Assembly: GCA_965261545.1 (NCBI GenBank)
Contig: CBDHDF010000010.1
Location: 192,001 to 256,000 of the forward strand
Reading direction: 5' to 3'
DNA length: 64,000 nucleotides
Source: Bdellovibrionales bacterium
Lineage (GTDB): Bacteria > Bdellovibrionota > Bdellovibrionia > Bdellovibrionales > UBA1609
Shown here: positions 1 to 8,789 of the stretch, in pieces
Layout: each line of letters begins with the position of its first letter
Numbering within the stretch: position 1 is the stretch's first letter
Program-made: the position numbers and the translations under genes
Notes under the pieces: generated by a model
Databases searched by the model: none
What the model saw: the letters and a program-made list of their open reading frames with translations, nothing else
Told to the model about the DNA's origin: nothing

Positions 1-591
1 TAAAGACCCTCTGGCAAGAGACATCAATTTAGAAACTGATCTCTCTCCATTAGCTATGGCACGAATCATGGCCATACCAGATACGCAGTCAGCTTTAGAC
101 ATTGCATAGGTTAAACGAATGCCTGAATATTCAAGAACCTTATACATACGATTTTGTTCCGAAGATATTTGGCGGATCGTTTTTGTACGATAACGAGCCA
201 AAAGTCTAATAGAACGAATCTCACGTGGAGGAATGAAGCTAGCTCTTAGAAGACCACAAGCACCAAGCTCTGCAATCCACTGGCTATCCAACACGTCAGT
301 TTTTTTACCAGTAATATTTTTGACATGAAAGGCATTGATAACATCTACTTCATAACCTTTTTCTGTCAAATCATCGTATAAAGAATTCCAATAAATCCCT
401 GTGCTCTCAAAAAGAACTCTCTCAACCTTATGTGGCTTCATCCAAGAGCGCATTCTAGGAAAATTTTTTGGAAAATTCTTGAACTCTTTTGTGAAAAACT
501 TCTTCTTACCGTCTTCCACTTTGACAATCGTACACATCAACATATGTTGATGAACATCTATTCCACAAACAGAACTATAAATAATATCCAC
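1..591 (-). CDS. IS110-family (DEDD) transposase/recombinase, runs off the left edge of the window
   Basis: Not in the ORF track. Manual translation from GTG at 591 (AGGAG RBS upstream) gives MDIIYSSVCGIDVHQH...VLFESTGIYW...GKKTDVLDSQWIAEL..GLLRASFIPPREIR, carrying the IS110 RuvC-like motifs GIDVH, ESTG and KTD..D. Confidence 0.93.
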   Translation of the reverse strand, partial: MDIIYSSVCGIDVHQHMLMCTIVKVEDGKKKFFTKEFKNFPKNFPRMRSWMKPHKVERVLFESTGIYWNSLYDDLTEKGYEVDVINAFHVKNITGKKTDVLDSQWIAELGACGLLRASFIPPREIRSIRLLARYRTKTIRQISSEQNRMYKVLEYSGIRLTYAMSKADCVSGMAMIRAIANGERSVSKLMSLARGSL

Positions 592-611
592 ATGACTCCT
601 CCTTTCTGTTA

Positions 612-810
612 GAAAAAAAGAAGGTGATAAAACTAGAGCCTTGGGATTTTGCCATAAATTCTAAAGCGAAAATAGGTCAACTTACTATACGTCCATACAC
701 TCAGAGTGCAGGTACATGCGTGGGTTCGATCCAAAGCTCAAGACCATGTTACTTCACGGAATTAAAATTACCAATCTATTCAACGGCCACTCATCTTATC
801 ACCTTCCAAT
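612..810. ncRNA. Structured non-coding end of IS110, candidate bridge RNA
   Basis: About 190 nt upstream of the IS110 ORF, closed by an 11-bp inverted repeat (GAAGGTGATAA 620-630 / TTATCACCTTC 796-806), with a nested imperfect stem (636-646 / 730-739). Confidence 0.45.
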
Positions 811-1092
811 AATGTTATTGCTTTATCCTTTATTGTATCGGAATCATACATGACAAAAATACCATCAAAAGTCCAGAGTAACTAAAAGAGGCCAATTATA
901 TAGACCAGCGAAGCTGTCCACCGAGTTGCTTCGTGCAAAGAAGTGGGGGCCTAGATAAGATTCATGGGCGTGGGTGGGGAAGCAAGGCGCCCCCATGAAT
1001 GTTACAATTTTACTTCAATATAGCAGCAATTTGCTATTCTTTTTTAAGGGTCTCTGAGGGGGCACTTCTCTGTTTTATTGCTAGGAGTCGAT

Positions 1093-1686
1093 TCATACAA
1101 CGATAGACTCCCAATATTTTTCGAGAATTTTGCTCATCTTGAGATTGTCAGCCATCCGACCTAGTTGAGCTAGCGTCGTTAAGTTTTCTTCCAGAGCCAA
1201 CCTTGTTGCTTGGATAGCTATTCTTGGCCCAATTTTAGAAGAAAATTTTAAAGATTCAATCAATGTGCGTTCAATATTTGTGATTCTAAAATATTTCTTT
1301 TCATGAATGCCATAACTAAGTGTTGTGGTTGTCCTCAGACATTTGAACTGTCCCATAGAAGTTTGATCTTTCCTGGACGGTGGGATAATAACCCATATCT
1401 GTTGGGGAGCTTGGTCGATGAGCCCATAGTAAAACAGAGCGGAAAGACCTCCGATAACTGCTTGAGCTCCAAAGTGTGTACAAGTTATGGCAAAGTCCAA
1501 TTCTTCCGGTTTTATGGAAGATTTTGGGTGCATATAAAGTCCCCTGGATACTCGCTTGATAGAGCCATTGGAGACCCAACGGGACAAGGTAGCCCATGAA
1601 ATATTAGCCACCTTCTGAGCTTCTTTTGAGCAGAAGATTCCCAGTGGTTTTAGTTTGTTATATCGTTGAGAATCGACCTTCTTCAC
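1093..1686 (-). CDS. Type IV toxin-antitoxin AbiEi-family antitoxin / transcriptional regulator
   Basis: N-terminal wHTH (LSRWVSNGSIKRVSRGLY), GLSALFYYGL and ITNIERTLIES motifs typical of AbiEi. Confidence 0.85.
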   Translation of the reverse strand: MKKVDSQRYNKLKPLGIFCSKEAQKVANISWATLSRWVSNGSIKRVSRGLYMHPKSSIKPEELDFAITCTHFGAQAVIGGLSALFYYGLIDQAPQQIWVIIPPSRKDQTSMGQFKCLRTTTTLSYGIHEKKYFRITNIERTLIESLKFSSKIGPRIAIQATRLALEENLTTLAQLGRMADNLKMSKILEKYWESIVV

Positions 1687-2013
1687 ACTGTCATCTTTGG
1701 ATAAAGAAAGACAAAAGTCAATGAAAATGTCTTATTTTGTTCATGGCTAGAGAGCCCGGGACAGAAGATTTCAGATAGTATCCAATTACTAGGGAGCCGG
1801 ATGTGCACTGTTCACCCAAAAGGCAAAAAATGAGGGATGACTATGGCACATAAAATCTGTAGGAAAGGGCGTGGTAAGGAGTGTCATATCAATACAATTC
1901 TAAATTACCGCAGGTGTAAAAGTGGTTTGATTCCCTTGCATGACGCAGATTTCCAAAATAACTCAACGACTATCTCAACTCTAATATATGACACAAGCAA
2001 AGTAGTTCTTAAG

Positions 2014-2241
2014 CTATTTTTCTAAAAGTTTATTACTGAAAGAGGACTTGGCCCAATCTGGAAGATCTAATTTGATAGAGTCAAAATGTCGATCTTGATT
2101 TTCCATAACTGTAAAGAAGTTTGCCTCTGCCTGGCTCTCACCTTTTCTTGCTTTGTTTTTTTGAATTTTTCTACACATTTCTTTGAACAATTTAAAGCTC
2201 TTTTCTTCTTTTTCTTTTATTTCATTTACACTTAGACTCAC
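2014..2241 (-). CDS. Small hypothetical protein downstream of the deaminase
   Basis: 75-aa ORF with a GGAGG RBS, co-oriented 27 bp after the deaminase stop. Confidence 0.5.
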   Translation of the reverse strand: MSLSVNEIKEKEEKSFKLFKEMCRKIQKNKARKGESQAEANFFTVMENQDRHFDSIKLDLPDWAKSSFSNKLLEK

Positions 2242-2268
2242 ATTACACCTCCCAGTAAGCCTTTACGA

Positions 2269-3158
2269 TCATTTAGTATTCTCAAAAATTTCCTGCCGAG
2301 ATTCAACAAATTTAATCGACTTTATTCTGAGTTTTTCCCTTGGTTCAGCCTGTGCCTTCTTGGCTTCAAAGTCGATCTTAAAACCTTTGTGGTGCCTCGT
2401 TATCTCGCGCCCGGAACTCAATGTCAATGAGAATAAATCAAAGAACCTCCTAGGACCAACACCAATAAATGGCTCAAAAAATAATCTATTTTTTTCATTT
2501 TTATTTTTTGTGATGGAATCATCATGTAACTCATCTGCTAGGCTCTTAGGGTAAGGCTCAATATAGACAACTCTTGAGATACCTGCTGCAACTATGTGTT
2601 TAGCACAATTGTGACAAGGATAGGTTGTACTAAATAATGAAGCACCTCTTAATCTAATTCCTAAGCGACTGGCTGACAAGAGGGCTGCCATTTCAGCATG
2701 AACAGCTCTTCCATATTCTGTTATATCTTTAAGTTCGCTATTTTTAATCTCATTCATTATAATATCTATTAAATTATTCTCTGTACTTTCGGATTTCTCA
2801 TATTTATCTGAAAAGGTTTGAAACGTATCGTTAGAGGTAATCTTTTTAGAAATATTATTCAAGATTTTTTCCATTTGATGCTTGTTTGATTCATACATTT
2901 ATAATGTAATCTCTTTGGTCTCCATTCTGACCTGAGTCATCGGACCAATATTGTCCTCCCCCAAATTTGGGCACATCGTTTGCCCCCTGGCTAATAATAT
3001 CACCTTCTGATGTCGTAATAACAGAGCCTACTTGACGAGATAAATCTGCAGATCTTAAAGACGCTGCATAAGCTTGAAACATAGCATATTCATCTCTACT
3101 AGGTGTGTGGTAAGGGTGTCCAAATATCAGATCTATAAATCGTGACAATTCTTTTTTG
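2269..3158 (-). pseudogene. Anti-phage dCTP/dCMP deaminase (AvcD-like), 5'-truncated by IS66 and frameshifted near 2895
   Basis: SADLSRQVG, GANDVPKFGGG, HAE and PCHNC zinc-deaminase motifs, and VVYIEPYPKS, split over ORFs 2891-3172 and 2269-2898. The coding sequence starts abruptly at the IS66 left IR. Confidence 0.85.
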
Positions 3159-4698
3159 GTAACTGCTCGCACCCCTTCTACACCAGACTTTTAGCCTAAA
3201 GACCATTTTTATACTAAAGTATTGATTCTCAAGCCTCCCCATTTAATAATTCTTTCGTGAATACAAGAAAACAATCCTTACGAAGCGAAATTGAAAACCT
3301 CCAGAAGGAATCTAAGAAGATTCTTTCTGACAAGAGTATCCCACGAGAGACTAAACTATTTATTCAGTCCATGCTGACCATTCTCACAGTTGTAGTGACT
3401 TTATTTTTGGAAAAAAAGACTCGTAAAAACTCCAGCAATAGTGGGCTGCCCCCTTCTCAGAACTCTGGTAGCAATGGGAACCGTAATAAGGAAGGGGCTG
3501 AGGAAGACAGCAAGAAAGGATCAAGGCTCGATAACAGTAAGGACACAGAGAGCAAGGAAACAGTGTCTCCATCAAATTGCTCTAAATGTGGGGCCGATTT
3601 GAAGGAAACTGAGATGAAAGGCTCCGAAGAGCGTAAAAAAATTGATATTCTCTATGAGATAAACACCCACACTGTCACCTCTGAAATCAAAGAGTGCCAT
3701 GAATGTGGTACAGAAAACAAAGGCCCATTCCCAGAGGGCATAGATGGACCGATCCAATATGGTATTGGAATTAGGGCCTCAATTATTAATTTTATTGTCA
3801 TTCAAATGATGTCTCTCCAGCGTGTTGGTGAACACTACAAGGGTCTCGTTGGCCGCTTTATCTCACCCTCAACCATGTGAAGTATATTTCTCAACTGAGC
3901 GAATCTCTTCAAGAGTGGGAACAATGGGCAAAACAACAAATCCTTGAGTCTGTGGTCATTCATGTTGACGAAACCTCCATGAGAGTCAATAAGAAGAACT
4001 ACTGGATTCATACTTATAGCTGTGGTGATCTTACATTGCAGTTCATCCATCCTTCCCGTGGAAAAGATGCCATCAAAGATATTGGCATATTGGACAGGTA
4101 TGGAGGTATCTTGGTACATGACTGTTGGAGTCCCTATTTTTCTTATACAGATATGATTCATGCTCTGTGCGTTGCCCATCTTCTTAGGGAATTGAAATTT
4201 GTGGAGGATAGCTCTGGTTCGAAATGGGCCACCAATCTGAAAAAACTTCTTCAGGAAGCTGTTGAATTGGTCCAAAAAAGAAAATCTAAGATATTGACTC
4301 GAAAGGAGTATCAAACTCTTCAGAGGAGGTATAGGAATATTCTCACAAGGGCTTTAAAGGAGCTTCCTCCCTTTCCAGAGAAGAATGGTAAAAAAGGACG
4401 AGTGAAACATACAGATGCTCAAAATCTTTGGCTCCGCTTTAAAAAATATGAAGCAGAAATCCTTCTCTTTGCCAAAGTGAAAGAGGTGGACCCAACCAAC
4501 AACAGAGCCGAGCGAGACTTGAGAATGAATAAGGTGAAAAAGAAAGTATCAGGTTGCTTCAGGACAGCAAAAATGGCAAAGCACTTTTGTCGGATTACCA
4601 GTTATGTCAAGACTATGAGAAACAAGGGGTTCTCTTCCTTAGAGGCCATCAATATGGCTCTCAAGGGAGAAATTCCTATGTAAGGTGCGAGCAGTTAC
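3159..4698 (+). mobile_element. IS66-family element (single-transposase type)
   Basis: Perfect 15-bp terminal IRs GTAACTGCTCGCACC (3159-3173 and 4684-4698) enclosing the transposase. No flanking target duplication. Confidence 0.92.
3257..4683 (+). pseudogene. IS66 transposase split by a 1-nt frameshift near 3878
   Basis: NSSNSGLPPS, CxxC zinc-finger pairs, HVDETS, LVHDCW, LCVAHLLREL and TNNRAERDLR motifs spread over two overlapping ORFs. Confidence 0.9.
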
Positions 4699-4814
4699 CA
4701 AATTTTAAGCCAAGTGTGAATTTATCCACTTGCCTTTTAATAGCATACACAGACCTATATCTAGGTGTTTTACACTTTGCCCAAGACTTTAGGCCCGAAA
4801 CCTAGCGATAACTG

Positions 4815-5228
4815 AAGGGGATTTCAGGTTATAATCCATCTCGCCATGTAGAAAATATTTTAGCTGATGCGGGTCAGATTGGCCCTCAAACAAAAGCTTT
4901 TTGTCAGTCATTACTCAGGGTGGATGAGAGAGTTGAAAACAGGCAGATGCGTGGGGTGGTGTCCTTGGCTAAAAAGTATCACTCTGATCTTATTGAAAAA
5001 GCAGCCATTCAGGCTGTGAGCAGAGGGATCTTATCTCTTAGGGTCTTTAAAAGGCTTGTTGAGGAACTACAACCCCCTGTGGATGAGAAAAAAATCGAAT
5101 CCCACCTCACCCAAGACCACGACATTATTCGAGCACCATCAGAGTATGCCATCTACTGGAATTTACATGCCAACAACGAAATCCACCACTCACCCTTACA
5201 CCCTCAGCCTAGCACCAACCTTACTTAA
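4815..5228 (+). pseudogene. istA: IS21 IstA transposase, C-terminal fragment
   Basis: DAGQIGPQTKAFCQSLL...RGVVSLAKKY..DLIEKAA...HDIIRAPSEY resembles an IstA C-terminus. No DDE domain is present. Confidence 0.7.
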
Positions 5229-5270
5229 TCCACCCCCCAACCCCTCTTCTAGAGGAAAGGAGCAATCACA

Positions 5271-6040
5271 ATGCCAATGTCACCTACAGAAATACAAGAG
5301 ACTCTCAAAAGCCTTAAGCTTATAGGCATGTTTGAAACATTTGAGGCTCGAAGTTACCAACACACACAGAACCAACAAAACTTCCAAGAGACCTTCTCAT
5401 TGCTCTTACAGGATGAAAAGGATTTCAAGAAAAGCAAAAAATGTGAGAGACTCCTCAAAGCATCCAAGCTCACGGAAGAGTCCACCCTCACCGGTTTTGA
5501 TTGGAATTTTAACCCAAAAATACCCAAGCCAATGATCTTGGAATTAATGAACTTGAAGTTCATCAAGCAGGGGGAGGGAGCCTTGCTTATTGGCTCCCCT
5601 GGAACTGGAAAAAGCCACATTGCAAAAGCTATAGCCACCAAGGTCTGTTCCATATCAAATTACAAGGTTTTGTATCAAGAAGCTCACAAGCTCTTTGAAA
5701 ATCTCTTTGAGGCCAGGCAGCTGGGGCGCAGAAAGAGGTTCTACACCCAACTCATCCATGTGGACCTGTTGATCATTGATGATCTTTTTCTTAGAAAGCG
5801 CATTCCGCCAGAGGCTTGCGATGACTTCCAGGAAATCATTCTAGATCGATACTCAGCGAGAAAAAGCACTCTTATACCTCCAATCGCATTATTGAGGACT
5901 GGGGAAAGTGTTTGGGCGATAATACCGTGGCCTCTGCCATCCTGGATCGCCTTCTCCACTGCAGCCAACTATTAAAATTTGAGGGAAAAAGCTACCGATT
6001 GAAGGAAGCTTCAAACCGACTTGTCAAGATAAAAAATTAA
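5271..6040 (+). pseudogene. istB: IS21 IstB AAA+ helper ATPase, 1-nt frameshift near 5876
   Basis: Walker A GSPGTGKS and Walker B LLIIDD. Shifting frame restores TSNR..EDWG...AILDRLLH...GKSYRL through to TAA at 6038-6040. Confidence 0.88.
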
Positions 6041-6188
6041 AGGTAGGGTGAGCCCATCTTGTCAGATTACCCTAAATGGCCTGGTTTAACCCGCCCATCA
6101 GGGATAGATTGAACTCGATTCGCTTTGAGTGGTTCACCTTTTGAAACCTCCAGCTTTGCTGGAGGGGCATTCACTAATGGAGGCTTAT

Positions 6189-7169
6189 ATGGTAAATGTC
6201 TATGATTCTTTTTTAAATTATAAAGGAAATATTGCTAACCTTTGTCAATTTGAATGCATGAGAAAAGGCAAGGAAGTATTCTTAGTAAATACTAATACTA
6301 ATATGGACGTTAAATCAAAACAAATACAGGCGAAAATGGATGCATATGATCTAAAAAATAAATTAAATTCTTTTCCTTATCGACAAAATGATAAACTTGA
6401 GAAAATTGATATAATTAAGGCCAATCTTATACAGAACTTTCAAACAAATTCAAAGCACTGGAATATATTTATGCCAAAAAGTTTGGATCATATAAAATAT
6501 TTGACTGAGCTTTTTAAAGAAAAAAACTTCTTAAAAGGTCGGCCATGGGGCCCTGAAATGTCTATGGTTTTTAAAGATATGAATTCTAATGATACTACAG
6601 ATACGTCTAAATTAGTTTTTACGAATAAGGTTTATCTTTATGTTGATTTAATATTGAATACAAATACAAAAAATGCTCTTAAAGTTATAGGAGAAGAAAA
6701 AAAATTAACTTTACAAGTGAGAGACAAGAAATATTTTGATAATCTTAAAATAGATGTATTTATTTGTCATGATAGTCGGGATAAGCCTCCATTTGCTAAA
6801 AATTTAGCAAAGGAATTACAAAAAGTAGATCTTAAAGTATGGTATGATGATTTTTCTTTAGAAATCGGTGATGGCCTCATAGAGTCTATTCAAAAAGCTT
6901 TAAGCGACTCAAAAAAATGTATCTTAATAATTTCTCAAAATTTTCTTAATAATAACGGGTGGGTAAAAAAAGAGTTCACTGCTATATCGACTCGTGAAAC
7001 AAAGAAAAAAGAAGAGGTTATTCTTCCAATATGGCATGGGGTTAATGCTAATGAGGTTTATGAATACAGCCCTTTCCTAGCCGACAAATATGCTATTGAT
7101 TCATCAAAAATGAATATTAAAGAGATTGCTAATGAAATTTCAAACCAGATAAAAAAATGTGAGCTCTAA
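6189..7169 (+). CDS. TIR-domain protein (C-terminal TIR_2, uncharacterised N-terminus)
   Basis: DVFICHDSRDK, VWYDDFSLEIGD, ILIISQNFL, WVKKE (catalytic-type Glu) and ILPIWH. Start moved to ATG 6189, behind a GGAGG RBS. Confidence 0.88.
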   Translation: MVNVYDSFLNYKGNIANLCQFECMRKGKEVFLVNTNTNMDVKSKQIQAKMDAYDLKNKLNSFPYRQNDKLEKIDIIKANLIQNFQTNSKHWNIFMPKSLDHIKYLTELFKEKNFLKGRPWGPEMSMVFKDMNSNDTTDTSKLVFTNKVYLYVDLILNTNTKNALKVIGEEKKLTLQVRDKKYFDNLKIDVFICHDSRDKPPFAKNLAKELQKVDLKVWYDDFSLEIGDGLIESIQKALSDSKKCILIISQNFLNNNGWVKKEFTAISTRETKKKEEVILPIWHGVNANEVYEYSPFLADKYAIDSSKMNIKEIANEISNQIKKCEL

Positions 7170-7486
7170 ACCGATATAAAGAGATACTTTTTCAAAATAT
7201 CTGTAAATTGGCTATAAACTTGCCACAAGAGATGTTTCCAAGAAAATAATGCATAGCATTAATAGTGCTCCCTGGAAAAACCTCCCATAGCGGATTACAA
7301 ACCTTTTTACATCCAGTCAGAACTCACAGCGGTTCTACCGGGTCATCAAAGGAGGAATGCTAGAAGACTCCCACAGTGGTGTGCCTATCTCAAGCAGTGA
7401 ACCTATAATCAGAGGAGCCTAATGCGTGATTTGCGCGCGTTGGTTTCTGGGAGGGAGAAGGGGGGAAACCTCCTTCCCTACTCGAC
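7170..7486 (+). mobile_element. Degenerate group II intron relic (RT fragments plus domains V/VI)
   Basis: RT3-like TDIKRYFFKISVNWL*, RT4-like RVIKGGMLEDSHSGVP, then a DV-like GAGCCTAATGCG...CGTTGGTTTC and a DVI-like GGGAGAAGGGGGGAAACCTCCTTCCCTACTCGAC 3' end. Confidence 0.7.
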
Positions 7487-7508
7487 TATATCTCGGACAA
7501 AAGAGGGA

Positions 7509-8789
7509 TTATTTTAATAATTCTTTAGAAATTTTAAAAACAAGTTCAGCATTAACAGCATTACCAAGTGCTTTATAAGATGCGGTTGGTGTTCCAGGTA
7601 GATATTTTAAATTCTCCATACTTTGTAAGCGACTGCATTCACGTGGTGTCATATATCTTTCTTCCCAAGAAATAATAGGAACCTGAGTAGTTGTCATGGC
7701 AACTAAAGAAGGGGCTGTAATAGGCCTTTTTATACGAACCCCAGACGCTCGAAATTGAATAATATAATTTTTGACATCTCTTTCTTCGCCTTTGCAGTTC
7801 CATTCAAACTTTTGAAGGCTTTGGGGATATTTTTTTATTTTTGAGATCCATGGATGAATCCACTTCTTATTTCTTGAATAATATTCTCTGTTCTTATAAA
7901 TAAATTTCTGCTTCCATGGTGGAAATATGTTGTTCACTCCTCGAGCATAAGATGGTATATGTTTTAGTATGTCATGACGGTAGTAATAGCTATTGAGCTT
8001 ATGTCCAAAGGCTCCTTTACAACTCTTGAGTTCCTTCAAAGGAGCTTCATAGAGGGAATCATACCCTTCATATGGATAAGTAGCACCAAACTCCATTGTC
8101 CATATCGGAAATGAGGGGAGTTCCTCATCTTTTGGAGATAAGCTTAGAAATTCCTGCCAGACACTTAAGCACTCTTTGGTTTGGTGATTTAATGGTTGGG
8201 CATTTGGAGGGTTCTTATCTAAAATTGAAATAATATTCGGCTTCTGGATTTTAGATTCATTTGGCCAGAAAAAATGCTTTAAACCATATTGACTTCCCAC
8301 AATAAAAAGCCTTTCTCTTATTTGTGGTATATTAAATTTATGGGGAGACAAAATTTTGGTATCAACACTATACCCCTCCTTCTCAAGTTGTTTTTTCATG
8401 AGTAACCATGTTTTTCCGCCGTTATGCTTTTCTAGATTTGCAACATTTTCCATAATAAAAAAATTTGGTCTATGATACTTAATTATGCGTAAAACATGTT
8501 TTGAGAATAGGTCCCCCCATAACCTGCATTTAGTTCCAAGCTGTTCTCCTGCCTTTGAAAAGGGCTGACACGGAAATCCCGCACACAAAATATCATGAGG
8601 TGGAATATTGTTAGCATGAATCGAACGAATATCTCCACCTGGTCTTAAACCAAAATTCCTCTCATAAATTTCGACAAGCTCCTCATTTACTTCGCTTGAA
8701 AAAACACATTTATGGCCTAACTTTTTTAAGGCTAAGTGGAACCCCCCTAAACCAGAAAATAAATCAATAAATCTCAAAGATTTTGACAT
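7509..8789 (-). CDS. DNA (cytosine-5)-methyltransferase
   Basis: Motifs I FSGLGG, IV GFPCQPFS, VI MENV, VIII PQIRER, IX RECSRLQ and X LGNAV. Confidence 0.95.
   Translation of the reverse strand: MSKSLRFIDLFSGLGGFHLALKKLGHKCVFSSEVNEELVEIYERNFGLRPGGDIRSIHANNIPPHDILCAGFPCQPFSKAGEQLGTKCRLWGDLFSKHVLRIIKYHRPNFFIMENVANLEKHNGGKTWLLMKKQLEKEGYSVDTKILSPHKFNIPQIRERLFIVGSQYGLKHFFWPNESKIQKPNIISILDKNPPNAQPLNHQTKECLSVWQEFLSLSPKDEELPSFPIWTMEFGATYPYEGYDSLYEAPLKELKSCKGAFGHKLNSYYYRHDILKHIPSYARGVNNIFPPWKQKFIYKNREYYSRNKKWIHPWISKIKKYPQSLQKFEWNCKGEERDVKNYIIQFRASGVRIKRPITAPSLVAMTTTQVPIISWEERYMTPRECSRLQSMENLKYLPGTPTASYKALGNAVNAELVFKISKELLK

Larger units (their letters stand above)
4815..6173 (+). mobile_element. IS21-family remnant (3' part of istA, istB, right end)
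   Basis: IstA C-terminal-like sequence followed by IstB and a non-coding end finishing in ...CA near 6173. The right boundary is approximate. Confidence 0.75.

Noticed and set aside
1045..1092. Possible second group II intron 3' end (TCTCTGAGGGGGC...GAGTCGAT), and GGGAGCCGGATG near 1792
   Set aside because: No complete DV stem or DVI pairing could be formed; the similarity is too short.
6129..6188. ORF-track N-terminal extension of the TIR protein
   Set aside because: It overlaps the IS21 right-end sequence; ATG 6189 has a better RBS.
7170..7410. TIR-RT fusion or retron/defence-associated RT
   Set aside because: The RT-like pieces are short, interrupted by stops, lack YADD and are followed by group II intron DV/DVI, so they are a relic.
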